Positions 12,044 through 22,700 of a stretch of DNA of 64,000 nucleotides are shown piece by piece; within the stretch, counting starts at the first letter, position 1, and each line of letters opens with the position of its first letter. The stretch lies in assembly GCA_964016885.1 (NCBI GenBank), contig OZ024744.1:2542001-2606000 (forward strand), written 5' to 3'. The notes under the pieces are model-generated. The model did not search any database, had not been told where the DNA came from, and worked only from the letters and a program-made list of their open reading frames with translations. A program made the translations under genes and the position numbers. Origin of the DNA: Eledone cirrhosa (lineage: Eukaryota).

Positions 12044-12125
12044 ACTCCCAATTAATTAATTTCTGAAAGGGATTAAACGTACTATCCGAAGAACGCACGG
12101 AGAAGCCTTTCGTCATCAGGGAAGT
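12044..12125 (-). ncRNA. Type I hammerhead ribozyme with enlarged stem II (intact copy)
   Basis: Reverse complement: ACUUCC-CUGAUGA-C-GAAAGG-(35 nt)-CCUUUC-A-GAAA-UUAAUUAA-UU-GGGAGU. Stem I ACUUCC/GGGAGU, palindromic stem III, cleavage AUU. Confidence 0.8.
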
Positions 12126-12427
12126 CTATTCTCAGCTAAGTTTCCAGGCAATACGTGGACACAGGGAACTTATACAAAAATAATTCAGTGGATGGAAAAA
12201 GCAAAGCGAGGACTAATTCCAAGCCATTGATAAAATCACTGCCTACTGCGTCGGTGGCAAATTCAAAAGAATCAAGCACGTGACATCGAGGTCAATCAGT
12301 GTATAGTGGTTTGTTAGTAAGACAGCAGCCGTACTGCTACTATAGCAGCAGTCTTGGCCATTTTTGCTCGACAAATAATTTTGGAGATAATTATAAAGAA
12401 TTAGTATATCTAGTAACATATATATAC

Positions 12428-12503
12428 ACTTCCCTGAAAGGCTTCTCCGTGCGTTCTTCGGATAGTACGTTTAATCCCTTTCAGAAACTAATTAGTTGGG
12501 AGT
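12428..12503 (+). ncRNA. Hammerhead copy with 6-nt core deletion (probably inactive)
   Basis: ACUUCC-CUG[AUGACG deleted]AAAGG..CCUUUC-A-GAAA-CUAAUUAG-UU-GGGAGU. Confidence 0.65.
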
Positions 12504-12942
12504 GAAATTTAAGTAAGTAAGTTAATTTTATAATTTTCTTATTTTACGTCTCTCATATTATTGTTCTGCAACCCCATGCATTGAACCACATAGTTACTAA
12601 GACAAAACCTATATATTTGCTAACATAAGTATGCATCTGTGTATATATATGTTACTAGATATACTAATTCTTTATAATTATCTCCAAAATTATTTGTCGA
12701 GCAAAAATGGCCAAGACTGCTGCTATAGTAGCAGTACGGCTGCTGTCTTACTAACAAACCACTATACACTGATTGACCTCGATGTCACGTGATTGATTCT
12801 TTTGAATTTGCCACCAACGCAGTAGGCAGTGATTTTATCAATGGCTTGGAATTAGTCCTTGCTTTGCTTTTTCCATCCACTGAATTATTTTTGTATAAGT
12901 TCCCTGTGTCCACGTATTGCCTGGAAACTTAGCTGAGAATAG

Positions 12943-13024
12943 ACTTCCCTGATGACGAAAGGCTTCTCCGTGCGTTCTTCGGATTGTACGTTTAATCCCT
13001 TTCAGAGGGAGATTAGTTGGGAGT
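12943..13024 (+). ncRNA. Hammerhead copy with mutated GAAA/stem III (probably inactive)
   Basis: ACUUCC-CUGAUGA-C-GAAAGG..CCUUUC-A-GAGGGAGAUUAG-UU-GGGAGU. Confidence 0.65.
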
Positions 13025-13510
13025 GAAATTTAAGTAAGTAAGTTAATTTTATAATTTTCTTATTTTACGTCTCTCATATATAGTGTATATAATAGTTGTA
13101 ATGTCACAGGTGCCGATCTATATCAGCCTTTCCCTTGACATATATAGTCTATATATATTGGACAATATTATATATAGTGTATATGTGGTGTATATAGTAG
13201 TTGTGACAATATTCTATATACATATGTACACACACACTGACAAACATGTATACACATATAGAAGGGTCGGATGAGGAGTTCATTGATTGACCAAGTTACT
13301 CTAATGGAATGAGGACAATGTATACACACACACATATACTATATATATGTATACAAACACATACATATTTTATCGTGAAGTCATACATCATGTTGTAATA
13401 TGTTTTCAATTGTCAGTTAGGGAGGTACATTGTGTCCTTAAGCAAGACACATCATTCGACATGTCTCTCATGTTTTTGTTTTTCATCTTTTCATTTCCAT
13501 TTTTTAAATA

Positions 13511-13710
13511 NNNNNNNNNNNNNNNNNNNNNNNNNNNNNNNNNNNNNNNNNNNNNNNNNNNNNNNNNNNNNNNNNNNNNNNNNNNNNNNNNNNNNNNNNN
13601 NNNNNNNNNNNNNNNNNNNNNNNNNNNNNNNNNNNNNNNNNNNNNNNNNNNNNNNNNNNNNNNNNNNNNNNNNNNNNNNNNNNNNNNNNNNNNNNNNNNN
13701 NNNNNNNNNN
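13511..13710. other. Assembly gap (200 N)
   Basis: Run of exactly 200 N, probably a fixed-size scaffolding placeholder. Confidence 0.99.
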
Positions 13711-16700
13711 TTGGTGAAGAACGAAGTTTTGAGGGAAGACAAGGTAGAGAAAGATAGCTTGGTGAAGAACGAAGTTTTGGGGGGAGACAAGGTAGAGAAA
13801 GATAGCTTGGTGAAGAACGAAGTTTTGGGGGAAGACAATGTAGAGAAAGATAGCTTGCTGAAGAACGAAATTTTGAGGGACGACAAAGTAGAGAAAGATA
13901 GCTTGGTGAAGAACGAAGTTTTGGGGGAAGACAAGGTAGAGAAAGATAGCTTGGTGAAGAACGAAGTTTTGGGGGAAGACAAGGTAGAGAAAGATAGCTT
14001 GGTGAAGAACGAAGTTTTGAGGGAAGACAAGGTAGAGAAAGATAGGTTGATGAAGAACGAAGTTTGGGGGCAGATAAGGTAGAGAAAGATAGCTTGGTGA
14101 AGAACGAAGTTTTGAGGGAAGACAAGGTAGAGAAAGATAGCTTGGTGAAGAACGAAGTTTTGGGGGAAGGCAAGGTAGAGAAAGATAGCTTGATGAAGTA
14201 CGAAGTTTTGGGGGAAGACAAGGTAGAGAAAGATAGCTTGGTGAAGAACGACGTTTTGTGGGAAGACAAGGTAGAGAAACATAGTTGGTGAAGAACGAAG
14301 TTTTGAGTGAAGACAAGGTAGAGAAAGATAGCTTGGTGAAGAACGAAGTTTTGAGGGAAGACAAGGTAGAGAAAGATAGCTTGATGAAGAACGAAGTTTT
14401 GAGGGAAGACAAGGTAGAGAAAGATAGCTTGATGAAGTACGAAGTTTTGGGGGAAGACAAGGTAGAGAAAGATAGCTTGATGAAGAATGAAGTGTTGAGG
14501 GAAGACAAGGTAGAGAAAGATAGCGTGGTGAAGAACGAAGTTTTGAGGGAAGACAAAGTAGAGAAAGATAGCTTGGTGAAGAACGAAGTTTTGGGGGAAG
14601 ACAATGTAGAGAAAGATAGCTTGATGAAGAACGAAGTTTTGGGAGAAGACAAGGTAGAGAAAGATAGCTTGGTGAAGAACGAAGTTTTGAGGGAAGACAA
14701 GGTAGAGAAAGATAGCTTGGTGAAGAACGAAGTTTTGGGGGAAGACAAGGTAGAGAAAGATAGCTTGGTGAAGAACGAAGTTTTGAGGGAAGACAAGGTA
14801 GAGAAAGATAGCTTGGTGAAGAACGAAGTTTTGAGGGAAGACAAGGTAGAGAAAGATAGTTGGTGAAGAACGAAGTTTTGAGGGAAGACAAGGTAGAGAA
14901 AGATAGCTTGGTGAAGAACGACGTTTTGAGGGAAGACAAGGTAGAGAAAGATAGCTTGGTGAAGAACGAAGTTTTGGGGGAAGACAAGGTAGAGAAAGAT
15001 AGCTTGGTGAAGAACGAAGTTTTGAGGGAAGACAAGGTAGAGAAAGATAGCTTGGTGAAGAACGAAGTTTTGAGGGAAGACAAGGTAGAGAAAGATAGCT
15101 TGGTGAAGAACGAAGTTTTGAGGGAAGACAAGGTAGAGAAAGATAGTTGGTGAAGAACGAAGTTTTGAGGGAAGACAAGGTAGAGAAAGATAGCTTGGTG
15201 AAGAACGACGTTTTGAGGGAAGACAAGGTAGAGAAAGATAGCTTGGTGAAGAACGACGTTTTGGGGGAAGAAAGGTAGAGAAAGATAGCTTGGTGAAGAA
15301 CAAAGTTTTGGGGGAAGACAAGGTATAGAAAGATAGCTTGGTGAAGAACGAAGTATTGAGGGAAGGCTCGGTAGAGAAAGATAGCTTGGTGAAGAACGAA
15401 GTTTTGAGGGAAGACAAGGTAGAGAAAGATAGCTTGGTGAAGAACGAGGTTTCGAGGGTAGACAAGGTAGAGAAAGATAGCTTGGTGAAGAACGACGTTT
15501 TGGGGGAAGAAAGGTAGAGAAAGATAGCTTGGTGAAGAACAAAGTTTTGGGGGAAGACAAGGTAGAGAAAGATAGCTTGGTGAAGAACGAAGTATTGAGG
15601 GAAGACTCGGTAGAGAAAGATAGCTTGGTGAAGAACGAGGTTTTGAGGGAAGACAAGCTAGAGAAAGATAGCTTGGTGAAGAACGAAGTTTTGAGGGAAG
15701 ACAAGGTAGAGAAAGATAGCTTGGTGAAGAACGAGGTTTTGAGGGAAGACAAGGTAGAGAAAGATAGCTTGGTGAAGAACGAAGTTTTGGGGGAAGACAA
15801 GGTAGAGAAAGATAGCTTGGTGAAGAACGAAGTTTTGAGGGAAGACAAGGTAGAGAAAGATAGCTTGGTGAAGAACGAAGTTTTGAGGGAAGACAAGGTA
15901 GAGAAAGATAGCTTGGTGAAGAACGAAGTTTTGGGGGAAGACAAGGTAGAGAAAGATAGCTTGGTGAAGAACGAGGTTTTGAGGGAAGACAAGGTAGAGA
16001 AAGATAGCTTGGTGAAGAACGACGTTTTGGGGGAAGAAGGGTAGAGAAAGATAGCTTGGTGAAGAACAAAGTTTTGGGGGAAGACAAGGTAGAGAAAGAT
16101 AGCTTGGTGAAGAACGAAGTATTGAGGGAAGACTCGGTAGAGAAAGATAGCTTGGTGAAGAACGAAGTTTTGAGGGAAGACAAGGTAGAGATAGATAGCT
16201 TGGTGAAGAACGAGGTTTTGAGGGAAGACAAGGTAGAGCAAGATAGCTTGGTGAAGAACGACGTTTTGAGGGAAGACAAGGTAGAGAAAGATAGCTTGGT
16301 GAAGAACGAAGTTTTGGGGAAGACAAGGTAGAGAAAGATAGCTTGGTGAAGAACGAAGTTTTGAGGGAAGACAAGGTAGAGAAAGATAGCTTGGTGAAGA
16401 ACGAGGTTTTGAGGGAAGACAAGGTAGAGAAAGATAGCTTGGTGAAGAACGACGTTTTGAGGGAAGACAAGGTAGAGAAAGATAGCTTGGTGAAGAACGA
16501 CGTTTTGGGGGAAGAAAGGTAGAGAAAGATAGCTTGGTGAAGAACAAAGTTTTGGGGGAAGACAAGGTATAGAAAGATAGCTTGGTGAAGAACGAAGTAT
16601 TGAGGGAAGACTCGGTAGAGAAAGATAGCTTGGTGAAGAACGAAGTTTTGAGGGAAGACAAGGTAGAGAAAGATAGCTTGGTGAAGAACGAGGTTTTGAG

Positions 16701-19700
16701 GGAAGACAAGGTAGAGAAAGATAGCTTGGTGAAGAACGACGTTTTGGGGGAAGAAGGGTAGAGAAAGATAGCTTGGTGAAGAACAAAGTTTTGGGGGAAG
16801 ACAAGGTAGAGAAAGATAGCTTGGTGAAGAACGAAGTATTGAGGGAAGACTCGGTAGAGAAAGATAGCTTGGTGAAGAACGAAGTTTTGAGGGAAGACAA
16901 GGTAGAGATAGATAGCTTGGTGAAGAACGAGGTTTTGAGGGAAGACAAGGTAGAGAAAGATAGCTTGGTGAAGAACGAAGTTTTGGGGGAAGCTAATGTA
17001 GAGAAAGATAGCTTGGTGAAGAACGAAGTTTTGAGGGAAGACAAGGTAGAGAAAGATAGCTTGGTGAAGAACGAAGTTTTGAGGGAAGACAAGGTAGAGA
17101 AAGATAGCTTGGTGAAGAACGAAGTTTTGGGGGAAGACAAGGTAGAGAAAGATAGCTTGGTGAAGAACGAAGTTTTGAGGGAAGACAAGGTAGAGAAACA
17201 TAGCTTGGTGAAGAACGAAGTTTTGGGGGAAGACAATGTAGAGAAAGATAGCTTGGTGAAGAACGAAGTTTTGGGGGAAGACAAGGTAGAGAAATATAGC
17301 TTGGTGAAGAACGAAGTTTTGAGGGAAGACAAGGTAGAGAAAGATAGCTTGGTGAAGAACGAAGTTTTGAGGGAAGTCAAGGTAGAGAAAGATAGCTTGG
17401 TGAAGAACGACGTTTTGAGGGAAGACAAGGTAGAGAAAGATAGCTTGGTGAAGAACGACGTTTTGGGGGAAGACAAGGTAGAGAAAGATAGCTTGGTGAA
17501 GAACAACGTTTTGGGGGAAGACAAGGAAGAGAAAGATAGCTTGGTGAAGAACGAAGTATTGAGGGAAGACTCGGTAGAGAAAGATAGCTTGGTGAAGAAC
17601 GAAGTTTTGAGGGAAGACAAGGTAGAGAAAGATAGCTTGGTGAAGAACGAGGTTTTGAGGGAAGACAAGGTAGAGCAAGATAGCTTGGTGAAGAACGACG
17701 TTTTGAGGGAAGACAAGGTAGAGAAAGATAGCTTGGTGAAGAACGAAGTTTTGGGGAAGACAAGGTAGAGAAAGATAGCTTGGTGAAGAACGAAGTTTTG
17801 AGGGAAGACAAGGTAGAGAAAGATAGCTTGGTGAAGAACGAGGTTTTGAGGGAAGACAAGGTAGAGAAAGATAGCTTGGTGAAGAACGACGTTTTGAGGG
17901 AAGACAAGGTAGAGAAAGATAGCTTGGTGAAGAACGACGTTTTGGGGGAAGAAAGGTAGAGAAAGATAGCTTGGTGAAGAACAAAGTTTTGGGGGAAGAC
18001 AAGGTATAGAAAGATAGCTTGGTGAAGAACGAAGTATTGAGGGAAGACTCGGTAGAGAAAGATAGCTTGGTGAAGAACGAAGTTTTGAGGGAAGACAAGG
18101 TAGAGAAAGATAGCTTGGTGAAGAACGAGGTTTTGAGGGAAGACAAGGTAGAGAAAGATAGCTTGGTGAAGAACGACGTTTTGGGGGAAGAAGGGTAGAG
18201 AAAGATAGCTTGGTGAAGAACAAAGTTTTGGGGGAAGACAAGGTAGAGAAAGATAGCTTGGTGAAGAACGAAGTATTGAGGGAAGACTCGGTAGAGAAAG
18301 ATAGCTTGGTGAAGAACGAAGTTTTGAGGGAAGACAAGGTAGAGATAGATAGCTTGGTGAAGAACGAGGTTTTGAGGGAAGACAAGGTAGAGAAAGATAG
18401 CTTGGTGAAGAACGAAGTTTTGGGGGAAGCTAATGTAGAGAAAGATAGCTTGGTGAAGAACGAAGTTTTGAGGGAAGACAAGGTAGAGAAAGATAGCTTG
18501 GTGAAGAACGAAGTTTTGAGGGAAGACAAGGTAGAGAAAGATAGCTTGGTGAAGAACGAAGTTTTGGGGGAAGACAAGGTAGAGAAAGATAGCTTGGTGA
18601 AGAACGAAGTTTTGAGGGAAGACAAGGTAGAGAAACATAGCTTGGTGAAGAACGAAGTTTTGGGGGAAGACAATGTAGAGAAAGATAGCTTGGTGAAGAA
18701 CGAAGTTTTGGGGGAAGACAAGGTAGAGAAAGATAGCTTGGTGAAGAACGAAGTTTTGAGGGAAGACAAGGTAGAGAAAGATAGCTTGGTGAAGAACGAA
18801 GTTTTGAGGGAAGACAAGGTAGAGAAAGATAGTTGGTGAAGAACGAAGTTTTGAGGGAAGACAAGGTAGAGAAAGATAGCTTGGTGAAGAACGACGTTTT
18901 GAGGGAAGACAAGGTAGAGAAAGATAGCTTGGTGAAGAACGACGTTTTGGGGGAAGAAAGGTAGAGAAAGATAGCTTGGTGAAGAACAAAGTTTTGGGGG
19001 AAGACAAGGTATAGAAAGATAGCTTGGTGAAGAACGGAGTATTGAGGGAAGACTCGGTAGAGAAAGATAGCTTGGTGAAGAACGAAGTTTTGAGGGAAGA
19101 CAAGGTAGAGAAAGATAGCTTGGTGAAGAACGAGGTTTTGAGGGTAGACAAGGTAGAGAAAGATAGCTTGGTGAAGAACGACGTTTTGGGGGAAGAAAGG
19201 TAGAGAAAGATAGCTTGGTGAAGAACAAAGTTTTGGGGGAAGACAAGGTAGAGAAAGATAGCTTGGTGAAGAACGAAGTATTGAGGGAAGACTCGGTAGA
19301 GAAAGATAGCTTGGTGAAGAACGAGGTTTTGAGGGAAGACAAGGTAGAGAAAGATAGCTTGGTGAAGAACGAAGTTTTGAGGGAAGACAAGGTAGAGAAA
19401 GATAGCTTGGTGAAGAACGAGGTTTTGAGGGAAGACAAGGTAGAGAAAGATAGCTTGGTGAAGAACGAAGTTTTGGGGGAAGACAAGGTAGAGAAATATA
19501 GCTTGGTGAAGAACGTAGTTTTGAGGGAAGACAAGGTAGAGAAAGATAGCTTGGTGAAGAACGAAGTTTTGAGGGAAGTCAAGGTAGAGAAAGATAGCTT
19601 GGTGAAGAACGACGTTTTGAGGGAAGACAAGGTAGAGAAAGATAGCTTGGTGAAGAACGAAGTTTTGAGGGAAGTCAAGGTAGAGAAAGATAGCTTGGTG

Positions 19701-22700
19701 AAGAACGACGTTTTGAGGGAAGACAAGGTAGAGAAAGATAGCTTGGTGAAGAACGACGTTTTGGGGGAAGACAAGGTAGAGAAAGATAGCTTGGTGAAGA
19801 ACAACGTTTTGGGGGAAGACAAGGAAGAGAAAGATAGCTTGGTGAAGAACGAAGTATTGAGGGAAGACTCGGTAGAGAAAGATAGCTTGGTGAAGAACGA
19901 AGTTTTGAGGGAAGACAAGGTAGAGAAAGATAGCTTGGTGAAGAACGAGGTTTTGAGGGAAGACAAGGTAGAGCAAGATAGCTTGGTGAAGAACGACGTT
20001 TTGAGGGAAGACAAGGTAGAGAAAGATAGCTTGGTGAAGAACGAAGTTTTGGGGAAGACAAGGTAGAGAAAGATAGCTTGGTGAAGAACGAAGTTTTGAG
20101 GGAAGACAAGGTAGAGAAAGATAGCTTGGTGAAGAACGAGGTTTTGAGGGAAGACAAGGTAGAGAAAGATAGCTTGGTGAAGAACGACGTTTTGAGGGAA
20201 GACAAGGAAGAGAAAGATAGCTTGGTGAAGAACGACGTTTTGGGGGAAGAAAGGTAGAGAAAGATAGCTTGGTGAAGAACAAAGTTTTGGGGGAAGACAA
20301 GGTATAGAAAGATAGCTTGGTGAAGAACGAAGTATTGAGGGAAGACTCGGTAGAGAAAGATAGCTTGGTGAAGAACGAAGTTTTGAGGGAAGACAAGGTA
20401 GAGAAAGATAGCTTGGTGAAGAACGAGGTTTTGAGGGAAGACAAGGTAGAGAAAGATAGCTTGGTGAAGAACGACGTTTTGGGGGAAGAAGGGTAGAGAA
20501 AGATAGCTTGGTGAAGAACAAAGTTTTGGGGGAAGACAAGGTAGAGAAAGATAGCTTGGTGAAGAACGAAGTATTGAGGGAAGACTCGGTAGAGAAAGAT
20601 AGCTTGGTGAAGAACGAAGTTTTGAGGGAAGACAAGGTAGAGATAGATAGCTTGGTGAAGAACGAGGTTTTGAGGGAAGACAAGGTAGAGAAAGATAGCT
20701 TGGTGAAGAACGAAGTTTTGGGGGAAGCTAATGTAGAGAAAGATAGCTTGGTGAAGAACGAAGTTTTGAGGGAAGACAAGGTAGAGAAAGATAGCTTGGT
20801 GAAGAACGAAGTTTTGGGGGAAGACAAGGTAGAGAAAGATAGCTTGGTGAAGAACGAAGTTTTGAGGGAAGACAAGGTAGAGAAACATAGCTTGGTGAAG
20901 AACGAAGTTTTGGGGGAAGACAATGTAGAGAAAGATAGCTTGGTGAAGAACGAAGTTTTGGGGGAAGACAAGGTAGAGAAAGATAGCTTGGTGAAGAACG
21001 AAGTTTTGAGGGAAGACAAGGTAGAGAAAGATAGCTTGGTGAAGAACGAAGTTTTGAGGGAAGACAAGGTAGAGAAAGATAGTTGGTGAAGAACGAAGTT
21101 TTGAGGGAAGACAAGGTAGAGAAAGATAGCTTGGTGAAGAACGACGTTTTGAGGGAAGACAAGGTAGAGAAAGATAGCTTGGTGAAGAACGACGTTTTGG
21201 GGGAAGAAAGGTAGAGAAAGATAGCTTGGTGAAGAACAAAGTTTTGGGGGAAGACAAGGTATAGAAAGATAGCTTGGTGAAGAACGAAGTATTGAGGGAA
21301 GACTCGGTAGAGAAAGATAGCTTGGTGAAGAACGAAGTTTTGAGGGAAGACAAGGTAGAGAAAGATAGCTTGGTGAAGAACGAGGTTTTGAGGGTAGACA
21401 AGGTAGAGAAAGATAGCTTGGTGAAGAACGACGTTTTGGGGGAAGAACGGTAGAGAAAGATAGCTTGGTGAAGAACAAAGTTTTGGGGGAAGACAAGGTA
21501 GAGAAAGATAGCTTGGTGAAGAACGAAGTATTGAGGGAAGACTCGGTAGAGAAAGATAGCTTGGTGAAGAACGAGGTTTTGAGGGAAGACAAGGTAGAGA
21601 AAGATAGCTTGGTGAAGAACGAAGTTTTGAGGGAAGACAAGGTAGAGAAAGATAGCTTGGTGAAGAACGAGGTTTTGAGGGAAGACAAGGTAGAGAAAGA
21701 TAGCTTGGTGAAGAACGAAGTTTTGGGGGAAGACAAGGTAGAGAAAGATAGCTTGGTGAAGAACGAAGTTTTGAGGGAAGACAATGTAGAGAAAGATAGC
21801 TTGGTGAAGAACGAAGTTTTGAGGGAAGACAAGGTAGAGAAAGATAGCTTGGTGAAGAACGAAGTTTTGGGGGGAGACAAGGTAGAGAAAGATAGCTTGG
21901 TGAAGAACGAAGTTTTGGGGGAAGACAATGTAGAGAAAGATAGCTTGCTGAAGAACGAAATTTTGAGGGACGACAAAGTAGAGAAAGATAGCTTGGTGAA
22001 GAACGAAGTTTTGGGGAAGACAAGGTAGAGAAAGATAGCTTGGTGAAGAACGAAGTTTTGGGGGAAGACAAGGTAGAGAAATATAGCTTGGTGAAGAACG
22101 AAGTTTTGAGGGAAGACAAGGTAGAGAAAGATAGCTTGGTGAAGAACGAAGTTTTGAGGGAAGTCAAGGTAGAGAAAGATAGCTTGGTGAAGAACGACGT
22201 TTTGAGGGAAGACAAGGTAGAGAAAGATAGCTTGGTGAAGAACGACGTTTTGGGGGAAGACAAGGTAGAGAAAGATAGCTTGGTGAAGAACGAAGTTTTG
22301 AGGGAAGACAAGGTAGAGAAAGATAGCTTGGTGAAGAACGAGGTTTTGAGGGTAGACAAGGTAGAGAAAGATAGCTTGGTGAAGAACGAGGTTTTGAGGG
22401 TAGACAAGGTAGAGAAAGATAGCTTGGTGAAGAACAAAGTTTTGGGGGAAGACAAGGTAGAGAAAGATAGCTTGGTGAAGAACGAAGTATTGAGGGAAGA
22501 CTCGGTAGAGAAAGATAGCTTGGTGAAGAACGAGGTTTTGAGGGAAGACAAGGTAGAGAAAGATAGCTTGGTGAAGAACGAAGTTTTGAGGGAAGACAAG
22601 GTAGAGAAAGATAGCTTGGTGAAGAACGAGGTTTTGAGGGAAGACAAGGTAGAGAAAGATAGCTTGGTGAAGAACGAAGTTTTGGGGGAAGACAAGGTAG

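Larger units (their letters stand above)
11871..13079. mobile_element. Family K: 521-bp hammerhead-containing unit, ~1.07 copies on - strand joined head-to-head with ~1.25 copies on + strand
   Basis: AAAGAATTAGTATATCTAGTAAC at 11874 and 12395 (period 521). GAAAGGCTTCTCC at 12436 and 12957 (period 521). 12428-13079 is the reverse complement of a circular permutation of 11871-12429. TA-rich on both flanks. Confidence 0.88.

Noticed and set aside
13080-13760. Functional link between the retroelement nest and the satellite
   Set aside because: They are separated by an unsized scaffold gap, so true adjacency and distance are unknown, and no shared sequence was seen.
13711-13810. Satellite monomer as a hammerhead remnant (GUGAAGA...GAAA-GAUAGC-UU)
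   Set aside because: Core C3 is missing, there is no stem I, and stem II does not close next to the core. Such words are expected by chance in purine-rich DNA.
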